From positions 1 through 46,208 of the forward strand of contig CAZWUZ010000002.1 in the NCBI GenBank assembly GCA_964637655.1: 46,208 nucleotides of DNA, read 5' to 3'. The position numbers and the translations under genes are program-made. Of the stretch, positions 1 to 10,029 are shown piece by piece. This DNA is from an uncultured bacterium. GTDB lineage: Bacteria; DAOPZR01. Position 1 is the first letter of the stretch; each line of letters opens with the position of its first letter. The notes under the pieces are model-generated. The model saw only the letters and a list, made by a program, of their open reading frames with translations. It had not been told where the DNA came from and made no database searches.

Positions 1-188
1 TGGGACTGCGGCGAGTGTTCGTGACGGTCTTTTCATATAATACCGCGGCGCTGAAATCATACGCGCGGGCGGGATTCGAAAAGGAGGCGATCTTGCGGCG
101 GCACCTGTACCGCGGGGGAAAGTACCACGACGTCATAGTGCTGGCCGCGCTCTCAACATGCTGGACTCAAAATACAACAAGACAGTAG
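1..188 (+). CDS. GNAT (RimJ/RimL, PseH-like) N-acetyltransferase, 3' partial
   Basis: Frame from base 3 reads GLRRVFVTVFSYNTAALKSYARAGFEKEAILRRHLYRGGKYHDVIVL to TAG at 186-188, a typical RimL-type C-terminus. Not in the ORF track. Confidence 0.8.
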   Translation, partial: GLRRVFVTVFSYNTAALKSYARAGFEKEAILRRHLYRGGKYHDVIVLAALSTCWTQNTTRQ

Positions 189-1039
189 CGGTGGTTCAGG
201 CCAGAATGAATTCCACCCGGCTGCCGGGCAAGGTGCTCATGCCGCTGGGTGGCGAGTCGGTGTTCGCCCACCATGTCGCGCGCCTGCGGCAGGTGCAGGG
301 ACTCGACGGCGTGTTCCTCGCCACGTCGCGCGAGAAGGAAAACGAGCCGCTCATTGCCGAGGCGGAACGCCTCGGCTGCGGCTGGTATGCGGGCGCGGCG
401 GAAGATATCGTCGAACGACATCTCGCCCTGTGCGAGCGTGAAGGGGCGGACGCGGTCGTGCGCGTCACCGGCGACTGCCCGCTGTTCGACCCGGAGATCA
501 CCACGCGCTTCCTTGTCGCCTACCGGGAAACCCCGTGCGACCTTGTCTGCTGCGGCAACCTGCCGATGCTGCACGGCACGCTCTCCGAACTGATCGCCGC
601 GGACGCGCTGCGCCGGGTGCATGCGGCGTATCGCGGCCCGGCCATCTCCCTGCCCATCCGCGAGCATCCGGAGGCGTACCGCATCGTGACGGTCGCGCAG
701 GAGGAACGCCTGCTGCGCCCTGAGTACCGGCTGACGCTGGACGAGGAGGACGATTACCGCCTGCTCAGCGCGATCTACACCGCCCTGTATCGCGGCACGC
801 CGCTGCGGCTGGCGGAGGTCTACGCCTGGCTGGACGACAATCCGGGGGTGGCAGCCTGCAATCGCGGAGTCGCGACCAAGGGGGTCAACGCCTACGCTGC
901 CGCGTTGCAGGCAGCACCGCGCTACCGGGTGCTGGAGACGGGAGGGCTGCCGGTGGTGCTCGACGCTGCCGGCAATACGGTGCCGCTGGCGGAGCTCGAG
1001 GCGTTCATCGCGGCAGCGAAGCGCGAACCGGGCGCATGA
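158..1039 (+). CDS. spsF: SpsF-like cytidylyltransferase
   Basis: VQARMNSTRLPGKVL, VRVTGDCPLFDP and RLTLDEEDD motifs. Confidence 0.85.
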   Translation: MLDSKYNKTVAVVQARMNSTRLPGKVLMPLGGESVFAHHVARLRQVQGLDGVFLATSREKENEPLIAEAERLGCGWYAGAAEDIVERHLALCEREGADAVVRVTGDCPLFDPEITTRFLVAYRETPCDLVCCGNLPMLHGTLSELIAADALRRVHAAYRGPAISLPIREHPEAYRIVTVAQEERLLRPEYRLTLDEEDDYRLLSAIYTALYRGTPLRLAEVYAWLDDNPGVAACNRGVATKGVNAYAAALQAAPRYRVLETGGLPVVLDAAGNTVPLAELEAFIAAAKREPGA

Positions 1040-3055
1040 CGGAAGAGCCGCTCCTCCCGCCGGCGGCGCAGGTGCGCCGGGCGGTGCTGTTCGAGGAACT
1101 CAACCTGCTGACGCTGCCGCTGGCGCATGCCTGCCGCCTGGCGGGCGGCACCGTCTGGTTCCTGTACACGCGTGCGGCATGGCAGCAGCCGCAGCAGTTG
1201 GCGGAACTGCAGCGGCGCGGACTGCGCTGGTTGAGCTACCATACCGCGCCGGATACCCTGTTTTTCGACGAGGTGACTGTGCAGCGCCGGCTGTTTGCCG
1301 GGTGCCGGCCGGCATGGTTCGCGGACGGGGCATTGCGGAACCACTGCCTGGAGCAGCGACGCGGGGACGGGCGCTTTGCGGAGAAGATGGAGGCGGGACT
1401 GGCGCGGCTGCTGTATGACCGCCTGACGCGTCCCGCGCGCCTGCTGACGGGCGGCACCCTGCTGCGCGCACACTACCCGTCGGCATCGCTGACCCTGGTG
1501 CCGTGGGACTGGCCGGCATGGCTGGCGGCACCGGCGGCGGCCGGCCTGTCGCGGACGGCGCTTCTGCTGGCACGCGTGCGNNNNNNNNNNNNNNNNNNNN
1601 NNNNNNNNNNNNNNNNNNNNNNNNNNNNNNNNNNNNNNNNNNNNNNNNNNNNNNNNNNNNNNNNNNNNNNNNNNNNNNNNGCGCATTGCCTGGCATGACG
1701 TGTGGCGCCCGCGCCTGCGCCGGCTGCTGGCGCGGCAGGAAACGTCGCCGGCCGTGCCGGCTGCGGCGGCAGATGCAGAGGCGCTGTTCCTCGTACACAA
1801 GGACATCCATTACGGGCGGCTGTTCACCAAGAACCTGTACTACGACGAGCAGGCGGAAAGTCCGCTGCATCCGCGGCGGCTCTTCCATCTGTTTGTCGAG
1901 CCGCCCGACCGGTTGAGTGAGCGCTATTGCCGCATGCAGGGCATCCCGCACGCGCGGCTTGACCGGCTGCGCCGTGCCCCGCGGCCACCGGTGGAGCAGC
2001 AGCAGGCGGAACGGGAGACCGCGCGCATGCTGTGCCTCGGCTGGCGCGACTGGCGGGCGGGGCAGCCGGCCTCGTTGCTGCTGACTCTGTTGAAACTCCA
2101 GCAGCAGGTGCAGCTGACCGCCGGCGTGCTGGCGATGTTTCCCGCCGCCCGGCTGGCCCTGGTCGACTACGACCTGGTGCTTGCGCCGGCGGTGAATGCG
2201 GCCCTGGCGGCGCGCGGGATCATCACGCTGGCGGCGCAGGAACGCGGGCATATTGTCTTCCTGCGCCAGCCGCAGCTGTTCGCGTTCGACCATTACGCGG
2301 TCTGGGGCAGAGCGCAGGAGCTTTTCGCCCGCGAGCAGGGCGGCTGCAGCATCGGCGCCTATCATCACCTCGGTATCCCGCGCAGTGACGCCATCCTCGC
2401 GACAGCCGCGCGTCCCTGCCCGAAGTACGAACTGATACGCCGGCAGCGGCGCCTGGTGGTTGCGCTTGACTGGCACTCGTCGAGCACCCCGTATGACATG
2501 GGGAGTGCCGGCTATCCGTCGATCAGCCGCAATAATCGCGCTTTCTACACGGCGCTGCTGCGCCTGGCGCGGGCATTCCCCGGCTGCCATTTCGTCGTCA
2601 AGGGGAAGAATACCGATTTTGTGCGGCAGGACTACTATCGCGAGCTGCTGGCGTCACTGACCGCGCTGCCCAATTTTTCCATCGAGTCGCAGCTGCGGGC
2701 GTATCGCCCGGCGACGATGATGGCGCAGGCGGACCTGGTTATTGCCTGCCACACCTCGCTGGCGGAGGAAGCGCTGGCCTGCGGCAAGCCGGCAGTGCTG
2801 TACAATCCGTTTGCCTACCCGCCGGCGGAACAGGATGCCTTTGCCGCAGCCGGCATCGTCGCCCACAGCGATGCAGAACTGCAGGACCTGCTGACCCGCT
2901 GGCAGGCAGGTGACTGGCCTGCACCGGCGGCGCTGGCGGCACTGCGGCAGGAATTCTACGGCGGCGAGGCCGGCGGCGCGGTCGCTGCGGAACTGCGCCG
3001 TCTGGCACGGCAACTTCTGGCGGACCCTATCCGGCATGACGGAGGAAGAACATGA
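1036..3055 (+). CDS. Large glycan-biosynthesis protein with GT-B-like C-terminus; probably one gene split by the 100-N gap
   Basis: ATGA-coupled at both ends, and both frames are open up to the gap. Merging the shared GCG across the gap gives in-frame ARVRIAWHDVWR. C-terminal ADLVIACHTSLAEEALACGKP. Confidence 0.65.
1581..1680. other. Assembly gap (100 N)
   Basis: Run of N of placeholder length. Confidence 0.99.
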
Positions 3056-3894
3056 GTGTTTTCTTTATCGCGGAAATCGGCATCAATCACAACGGCGACC
3101 TGCAGATTGCGAAGCGGATGATCGACATGGCCAGGGAATGCGGCTGCGACGCGGTCAAGTTCCAGAAGCGGACGATCGATGCCGTCTACACGCCGGAACT
3201 GCTGGCCAGTCCGCGCGAGAGCCCGTGGGGGACAACGCAGCGCCACCAGAAGGAGGGGCTTGAATTCGGGACGGCGGAATACGACGAGATCGACCGCTAC
3301 TGCCGGAGTATCGGCCTGCCGTGGTTCGCCTCGGCCTGGGATCCGGCCAGCCAGGAATTCCTGCGCCGCTACGACCTGCCGTACAACAAGCTCGCCTCGG
3401 CGATGCTTACCCACGGTGAAATGGTGAACATGATCGCGGCTGAGGGGAAGAAAACCTTCATTTCGACCGGGATGAGCGACTATGCAGTGATTGACGGGGT
3501 GGTGGAGGTCTTCCGGCGGAAAAACTGCCCGTTTGCACTGCTGCACTGCGTATCGACCTATCCGTCGGACGACGCGGAATGCAACGTGCGCACGGTGGCG
3601 ACGCTGCGCGAACGCTACGGCTGCGAAGTGGGCTACAGCGGGCATGAGCGCGGCATCCTCCCCTCCATCCTCGCCGTGGTGTTCGGGGCGACGATTATCG
3701 AGCGGCACATCACCCTCGACCGGACGATGTACGGGAGCGACCAGGCGGCGTCACTGGAGAAGAAGGGGATCCAGCTGGTCATCGGCTACAGCCGCGACGT
3801 GCCGGCAATCATCGGCGACGGGGTAAAGCAGGTGTCGGAGAAGGAGCGGGCGGTGGCGGCCAAGCTGCGTTACTTCGCGCCGCACGAGGAGTAG
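3052..3894 (+). CDS. neuB: N-acetylneuraminate (nonulosonate) synthase family protein, no C-terminal SAF domain
   Basis: IAEIGINHNGD, DAVKFQKR, HCVSTYP, GYSGHE, IERHITLDR; only 280 aa; GGAGGA RBS. Confidence 0.92.
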   Translation: MSVFFIAEIGINHNGDLQIAKRMIDMARECGCDAVKFQKRTIDAVYTPELLASPRESPWGTTQRHQKEGLEFGTAEYDEIDRYCRSIGLPWFASAWDPASQEFLRRYDLPYNKLASAMLTHGEMVNMIAAEGKKTFISTGMSDYAVIDGVVEVFRRKNCPFALLHCVSTYPSDDAECNVRTVATLRERYGCEVGYSGHERGILPSILAVVFGATIIERHITLDRTMYGSDQAASLEKKGIQLVIGYSRDVPAIIGDGVKQVSEKERAVAAKLRYFAPHEE

Positions 3895-3897
3895 ACG

Positions 3898-4698
3898 ATG
3901 CACTGTACCGGACTGACCACGATCAACGTCGAACTGACCTCGCGCTGCAACAAGGCATGCTGGATGTGCGGCCGGCGCGAACGCGACCGCGAGCGCGGCG
4001 ACCTCGCCTACGGCGACATGGAATTTGCGCTGGTCGAGCGCATCGCCGCGCAGGTGGAGCCGGGCATGGTGGTACAGCTGCACAACAACGGCGAGCCGCT
4101 GCTGTATCCGCGTTTCGGGGAGGCGGCGCGGTTGTTTGCGGCGCGCGGCTGCCTGGTGAACACGGTCAGCAACGGTAAGCTGCTGGTGGAGAAGGCGGAC
4201 GAAATTGTCGGGGTGCTCGACACGCTGGCCATCTCGGTGTTCGAGAACGACGAAGAGGCGGACGCGCAGTTCCCGGTGATCGAGGAGTTTCTGCGGCGCA
4301 AGGAAACGCGGAAACCGTTCACCATGCTGCGCTTTATCGGGCAGGTGAACGAGAACCGCTACGCGGCGCTGCCGGCGCTGCCGATCCGGCGCCTGCTGCA
4401 TGCGGCGAAGGGGAGCGTCGAGTACCGGCGCCGGAATCCGACCATACCGGAAATCGGCGTCTGCCTTGACTTCCTGCACCACCTGGCCATCGACCGGCAC
4501 GGCGATGTGTCGGTCTGCGTGCGTTTTGATCCGCAGCGCGAGCTGGTGCTGGGCAGCATCCGTGAACAGACGCTGGCGCAGCTGTGGCAGTCGCCGAAGC
4601 GGATGCACATGAAGGAACTGCACTGCGCGGGACGGCGGGGGGAGATTCCCTACTGCGGCGACCGTTGCAGCTACTGGGGGGTGCCCACCGGTGAATAA
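3898..4698 (+). CDS. Radical SAM protein with C-terminal SPASM/twitch domain
   Basis: ELTSRCNKACWMC, NGEPLL, C-terminal CLDF...GDVSVC...CGDRC. Confidence 0.88.
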   Translation: MHCTGLTTINVELTSRCNKACWMCGRRERDRERGDLAYGDMEFALVERIAAQVEPGMVVQLHNNGEPLLYPRFGEAARLFAARGCLVNTVSNGKLLVEKADEIVGVLDTLAISVFENDEEADAQFPVIEEFLRRKETRKPFTMLRFIGQVNENRYAALPALPIRRLLHAAKGSVEYRRRNPTIPEIGVCLDFLHHLAIDRHGDVSVCVRFDPQRELVLGSIREQTLAQLWQSPKRMHMKELHCAGRRGEIPYCGDRCSYWGVPTGE

Positions 4699-5443
4699 GG
4701 TTATTGCGGTCATCCCGGCCCGCGGCGGATCGAAGCGGGTGCCGGGCAAGAATGTGAAGCTGTTCGGCGGCTATCCGCTGCTCGCCTACGCCATCGCGGC
4801 GGCACGCCTGGCACGCACGGTCGAGCGCACCATCGTGTCGACCGACGCGCCCGACATCGCGGCGCTGGCGCGCAGGTACGGGGCGGAGACGCCGTTCCTG
4901 CGCCCGGCGGAATTCGCTACGGACAGTTCGGGGGATATCGACTTCGTGCGTCACCTGCTCGACTGGCTGCGCGACCACGAGGGAGGGGAACCGGAGTACC
5001 TGGTGCACCTGCGCCCGACGACCCCGCTGCGCGATCCGGAACTGATCGACCGCGCGGTCGGCGACCTGACGGCGCGCCCGGAGGCGACGGCGCTGCGCTC
5101 GGTGCATCCGCTGCGCGAGTCGCCCTACAAGCAGTTCGTCATCGAGCACGGCTACCTCGCGGGCATGTTCCCGCACGATCCGCGCCCGGAATACTACAAC
5201 CTGCCCAACCAGGTATTCCCGCCGGCCTACCAGCCGGACGGGCTCGTTGACGTGCTCAAGACCGACACGGTGCGCCGGCTGGGCGTGCTGCACGGCACGA
5301 AAATGCTCGGGTTCGTCGTGCCCGATCCCGGCGAGATCGACACACCGGAGGATTTTGCCTACGTCGAGCACCTGCGCACGCAGCGCGGCAGCGTGCTGCG
5401 CGACTGGCTGCAGCAGAACTTCGCCCCGGAGGCACAGTCATGA
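4691..5443 (+). CDS. neuA: Acylneuraminate cytidylyltransferase
   Basis: IPARGGSKRVPGKN, VSTD, LRPTTPLR, EIDTPEDF. Confidence 0.9.
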   Translation: MNKVIAVIPARGGSKRVPGKNVKLFGGYPLLAYAIAAARLARTVERTIVSTDAPDIAALARRYGAETPFLRPAEFATDSSGDIDFVRHLLDWLRDHEGGEPEYLVHLRPTTPLRDPELIDRAVGDLTARPEATALRSVHPLRESPYKQFVIEHGYLAGMFPHDPRPEYYNLPNQVFPPAYQPDGLVDVLKTDTVRRLGVLHGTKMLGFVVPDPGEIDTPEDFAYVEHLRTQRGSVLRDWLQQNFAPEAQS

Positions 5444-6831
5444 GCGGCCACGCCATCAGTGAGCGGCCGGTGCGGGTGCCGCGCGTACACACCCGCTACC
5501 GCCGTATCGTCACCAGCATTCCCAATCTCGGCACGCTGCGCGTGCTGCGCCGGCTGTCGCGCTGCGAGGCGCGCGCTATGCACGGGCAGCTCCCCGTGCT
5601 GTGGGACCGGGCGGAGGGAGCGCAGGTAACGGACGGGTTCGGCAACCGCTGGCTCGATTTCACCTCGACCATTTTCGTTGCCAATACCGGACATGCCAAC
5701 CCGGCGCTGGTGCGTGCGCTGCAGCGGCAGCTGCGGCAGAAACTGGTGCACACCTACACCTTCGCCAGCGGGATCCGCGCGGCATTTCTCGAGCGGCTGA
5801 TCGCGTTCTGCCCGGCCCCGCTGGAAAAGGCGTTCCTGCTGTCGAGCGGAACGGAGGCGACGGAATGCGCGGTGAAACTGATGCGCCTGCACGGGCAGCA
5901 GACATCGCGACACAAAGTCGGCATCGTCTCGTTCACCGGCGCGATGCACGGACGGACGATGGCGGCGGAGCTGCTCAAGGGAATGCCCGACACGTCGCCG
6001 TGGGTGGTGAATCGCGATCCGCAGTTCCACCACCTGCCCTTTCCCTTCCCGTGGAACGAACACGGCGGCGACTGGGGCGCGCAGTTCCGGCGCGATATGC
6101 AGGCGCTGCAGCGGCGCGGGGTGCGGGTGGAAAAACTGTGCGGCTTCATGATCGAATCGTACCTCGGCTGGGGCGCCATCATGTACCCGAAGGCGTATAT
6201 CCGCGCGCTGGTGCGGTTCGCGCGGCAGCACAACCTGCTGGTCTGTTTCGATGAGATCCAGAGCGGCTACGGGCGCACCGGGAAACTCTTCGCCTACGAG
6301 CATTACGGCGTACGTCCCGACCTTGTCTGCACCGGCAAGGCGATGAGCGGCGGACTGCCGCTGTCGGCGGTCATCGGTCGCCGGCGTATTCTCGACCTGC
6401 CGGGAGTCGGCTCGATGAGCAGCACGCACTCGGCCAACCCGCTCTGCTGTGCCGCCGGACTGGCGACCATTGACGAAATGGAGCGGAAACACCTCGTGCG
6501 CGAAAGCGCACGCCGGGGGAAGATCCTGCATGCCGGCCTGCAGCGGCTGCAGCGACAGTACCCGGAACGCATCTGCTGTGTGCTGGGAACGGGGATGGTG
6601 GCGGCCCTGATCATATGCGACCCGCGCAGCGGACGGCCTGACGGCGAATTCGCCTCGCGCGTCTGCGAACTGGCGATGCGTAAGGGGCTGCTCATGGTGC
6701 ATACCGGGCGGGAATCGATCAAGATCGGCCCGCCGCTGACCATTCCCGACGCGGCGCTGCGCGAAGGCATTGCGGTTATCGGCGAATGCTTTGCGGAACT
6801 GACGGCCGCCCGGCCGCGGCGGACGCGATGA
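5440..6831 (+). CDS. Class III PLP aminotransferase
   Basis: SGTEATE, HGRT, FDEIQSGYGRTG, GKAMSGGLP. Confidence 0.9.
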   Translation: MSGHAISERPVRVPRVHTRYRRIVTSIPNLGTLRVLRRLSRCEARAMHGQLPVLWDRAEGAQVTDGFGNRWLDFTSTIFVANTGHANPALVRALQRQLRQKLVHTYTFASGIRAAFLERLIAFCPAPLEKAFLLSSGTEATECAVKLMRLHGQQTSRHKVGIVSFTGAMHGRTMAAELLKGMPDTSPWVVNRDPQFHHLPFPFPWNEHGGDWGAQFRRDMQALQRRGVRVEKLCGFMIESYLGWGAIMYPKAYIRALVRFARQHNLLVCFDEIQSGYGRTGKLFAYEHYGVRPDLVCTGKAMSGGLPLSAVIGRRRILDLPGVGSMSSTHSANPLCCAAGLATIDEMERKHLVRESARRGKILHAGLQRLQRQYPERICCVLGTGMVAALIICDPRSGRPDGEFASRVCELAMRKGLLMVHTGRESIKIGPPLTIPDAALREGIAVIGECFAELTAARPRRTR

Positions 6832-7271
6832 AGGCGGTGCGACATACCGGCATCGTCGTGCATGACCTGCCGGCAATGCGGGCTTTCTATACGGACCTGC
6901 TCGGGCTGCGCGCGGTGCGCGAGGCCGACGAACAGGGACCGTACCTGGCGGAGCTGCTCGGCCTGCCCGGCGGACGCGTCCGCACGGTGAAACTGGCGGC
7001 CGACGACGGGTCGCTTGTTGAACTGCTGCACTTCCGCGAACCGGCAGCGTCGCCGGCGGCCGCGAAAAGCCTGACCCGGAACGGGATCACGCATCTGGCT
7101 TTCACGGTAGCCGATCTCGCCGGACTGGTCGGCCGCCTGATCGCGGCCGGTTTCGCGCCGGTCTCACCGGTGCAGACCGCGCCTGACGGTGCGGCGCGGG
7201 TGGTGTTTGTCTGCGACCCCGAAGGAAACTATCTCGAACTGGTGGAAGAACTGCCGCCGGCGGAGGGATGA
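6828..7271 (+). CDS. VOC (glyoxalase-like) family protein
   Basis: ATGA-coupled start at 6828; HTGIVV..FY..LLG, HLAFTV, DPEGNYLELVE. Confidence 0.88.
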   Translation: MKAVRHTGIVVHDLPAMRAFYTDLLGLRAVREADEQGPYLAELLGLPGGRVRTVKLAADDGSLVELLHFREPAASPAAAKSLTRNGITHLAFTVADLAGLVGRLIAAGFAPVSPVQTAPDGAARVVFVCDPEGNYLELVEELPPAEG

Positions 7272-8222
7272 ATGACGATGCGCTGCCCGTTGTGCAACCA
7301 CCACGCGACCCAACGCCTGACTGACCGCCTGCGCCACGGCGAACGCCGCCCGGTCTATTACTGCCCGCAATGCGAACTGGGCATGCTGCCCGAGAAGCAG
7401 GACCAGCGGAAGCTGAGGGCCTATTACGGCAGCGAGTACCGCCGGACGTTCACCCCGGTGCTGACGCAGGCGACCGACCCGGCGGCGCTCTTTGCCACCT
7501 ACGCGCCGTTCCAGGCGGAACGGCTGGCGCTGCTGCGTCCGCATCTGACGCGGCGCATGCGCCTGCTCGAGATCGGCTGTTCCGCCGGCATGTTCCTCCA
7601 CCATGTGCGCCCGCTGGTCCGCGAGGCGGTCGGGGTCGATTACGATGCGGCCTCGGCCCGCTACGCGGCACGCAAATGCCGCTGCCGCGTGCTGACCGAC
7701 TGCGCCGACGATGAGGTGCTGCGCGACGGGCCGTTTGATGCCGTCTGCCTCTTCCAGACGCTCGAGCATGTCAAGGATCCGGTGGCGTTTATGCGCATGG
7801 TCCGCCGGTTCGTGCGGCCGGGCGGCCTGGTGCATGTCGAGGTGCCCAACCTGCGCGATGCGCTGCTGCATCTGTACGACCTGCCGCGCCACCGTCAGTT
7901 CTATTTCCACCGGGCGCATCTCTGGTATTTTACGGCGCGCAGCCTGCGCCTGGTCATGCGCGCGGCCGGCTGGTCCGGCCGCATACGGTACACGCAGGAT
8001 TACAACCTGCTCAACCATCTGCACTGGGCGGACACCGACACCCCGCAGCAGGACTGCCTGGCCGGTCTCTCGGCGCCGCGCCTCCCGCTGCGTTCCACCG
8101 CGTCGGCGTCGGTTCGCCGGCAGCTGAACGCGTTCCTTGCCCGCACGGATACGGCGTACCGGCAGCTGCTGATGCGCCTGGGGATGACTGCGAACATGGC
8201 GTTTATCGGCAGGGCCCGCTGA
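7272..8222 (+). CDS. Class I SAM methyltransferase with N-terminal CxxC..CxxC
   Basis: CPLC, CPQC, LLEIGCSAG, LEHVKDP, VEVPN. Confidence 0.88.
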   Translation: MTMRCPLCNHHATQRLTDRLRHGERRPVYYCPQCELGMLPEKQDQRKLRAYYGSEYRRTFTPVLTQATDPAALFATYAPFQAERLALLRPHLTRRMRLLEIGCSAGMFLHHVRPLVREAVGVDYDAASARYAARKCRCRVLTDCADDEVLRDGPFDAVCLFQTLEHVKDPVAFMRMVRRFVRPGGLVHVEVPNLRDALLHLYDLPRHRQFYFHRAHLWYFTARSLRLVMRAAGWSGRIRYTQDYNLLNHLHWADTDTPQQDCLAGLSAPRLPLRSTASASVRRQLNAFLARTDTAYRQLLMRLGMTANMAFIGRAR

Positions 8223-8241
8223 TGCGGTGCGGACAGCACTG

Positions 8242-10029
8242 ATGAGCGGACACCTGCTCCTTGCCGCCGGCAGCATGCCGGCGGATGCCGGTGCGGACGT
8301 GTGCGTGGCGCTGACCCCCGAAGCGATGGCGGCAGCTGACGCAAACGGGCAGCCGTACACGACGCCGGAAACGTATTTCACTTACGCGGAACTGGACGGT
8401 TTCATGCGCGAGCAGGACCGCAGCGAATGGTTCTGCGCGCGCCTCGACGCGATACTGGAGGCGGCACTGCCCGAGCGTGACCGCGCGGCGCTCACCCCGG
8501 CGGTCGCGCACCGCTACTACTTCAAGCAGCTGTGCGATCCGCTATTCGTCCGGACATTCGAACTGGAACGTGTGCTGCGTGCACTCAAGCCGCAGCAGGT
8601 AACCTACCTGGCGGGGGAGGAAACGCACTCAGTGCCGCACCTGTATCACGATCCGGATGCCTACGGTTCGGCTCTCGCGGCACTTGCCGGTCCGGCGGGC
8701 ATACCGATGCGGCGTGTGGCGGCGGCGCCGGCAGCAGCAGGACCGCTACCGGCAGCCCGGAGGGAAGCCGGCTGGCGGCAGCTGCGGCGCCGCGGGCGGA
8801 AGGCGGAAGCCGCGCTGCGCTGCGCTCTGCGCAATCTGCTCAACCGGCAGCGGCAGGGAACGGTCATGACGACACCTGACTGCCGGCTCGGACCGGCAGT
8901 GCAGAAACTCGGTTACGCGCTGACGTACCTGCCGGAATGCACGGCGGCGACGATACCGTCAGCGTGGCCCGCCGCCTGGCTGCCCCTGGCGGAACTGCTG
9001 GAAGCGGTGCGTCGTGACCGTGAGATTGGCGCCTGGCTGGCCCGGGAGGCTGATCTGTTTCCGCTGCTCGCGCCGGGGTTGCGTCAGTACCTGCAACGCC
9101 TGCCGGCACTGCTCGCCTACGCGCGCGCCCTGGCGGCACAACTGACGGCGGAGCGGATCCGCGCGGTGGTGCTCGATTCGTTCAGTGCGGGCGCCGGCGA
9201 TGCGCGACCACTGGCGGCACACGCGGCGCGGCAGTGCGGCATTCCCTGCGTTTCCGCCCAGCATGGCGCTGACGGTGTGCACGCGCGCCCGTTCCAGACC
9301 CACTACCTTGAACTGCCATACGCGACCACCCATCTCGTCTGGGGGGCGCAGGTACGCGACAACCTGCAGCGTGTTTATGCCGCGACGCAGATCGCGGTGT
9401 ACGGACCGACGCACGGGCGCCTGCAGCCGCAGCCGGCGGCGCCCGGCCGGGCGCCGCTCATCGTCTGCGTGCTGCGCGATTTCCGCTACGAGCATCCGCT
9501 CTACGCGTGGGACGACCCGGCCTGGAACTACTCTGCCCGCACCTACTGGCAGTTTGCCGCCGCGCTGGCGGAACAGGTATGCCGCGGACGCGGAGAGTGC
9601 CGCGTGGTCATCAAGCTGTACCCCGCGGAACGTCCTGCCGTCGTGCGTCTGTTCCGGGAACGATACGTCACCACTGACGGGCAGGTCGCGGTGGTCAGCA
9701 GCGAGGAATCGCTCGAGCGGCTGCTCACGCAGGCCGGACTGCTGGTCTGCGACTGGCTCGGCACCCCGTTTTTCCAGGCTGCACCGCTGCCGTGTTCCAT
9801 CATCGTGCGCAGCCTGACACGGCATGACCCGGCGGCGGAACGGGCGGCACGCACGCGGGCCGCGTTTCCCGGCAGCGACGCGGAACTCGCGGCACTGCTC
9901 GACACGTACTGCCGCACCGGCAGCGTGCCGCGCGAGGGGGAAGACGACCTGTTCGTGCGCGGTTATCTCAACGGCCTGTGTTGCGACCGGCAGACGCTGG
10001 CGCGGTCCGTGCGGGGAGACGGCGCATGA
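8242..10029 (+). CDS. Large unassigned glycan-biosynthesis protein (GT-B-like)
   Basis: About 595 aa; SAQHG, LVWG, VIKLYP, LLVCDWLGTP. Start is ATG 8242 or GTG 8227. Confidence 0.6.
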   Translation: MSGHLLLAAGSMPADAGADVCVALTPEAMAAADANGQPYTTPETYFTYAELDGFMREQDRSEWFCARLDAILEAALPERDRAALTPAVAHRYYFKQLCDPLFVRTFELERVLRALKPQQVTYLAGEETHSVPHLYHDPDAYGSALAALAGPAGIPMRRVAAAPAAAGPLPAARREAGWRQLRRRGRKAEAALRCALRNLLNRQRQGTVMTTPDCRLGPAVQKLGYALTYLPECTAATIPSAWPAAWLPLAELLEAVRRDREIGAWLAREADLFPLLAPGLRQYLQRLPALLAYARALAAQLTAERIRAVVLDSFSAGAGDARPLAAHAARQCGIPCVSAQHGADGVHARPFQTHYLELPYATTHLVWGAQVRDNLQRVYAATQIAVYGPTHGRLQPQPAAPGRAPLIVCVLRDFRYEHPLYAWDDPAWNYSARTYWQFAAALAEQVCRGRGECRVVIKLYPAERPAVVRLFRERYVTTDGQVAVVSSEESLERLLTQAGLLVCDWLGTPFFQAAPLPCSIIVRSLTRHDPAAERAARTRAAFPGSDAELAALLDTYCRTGSVPREGEDDLFVRGYLNGLCCDRQTLARSVRGDGA

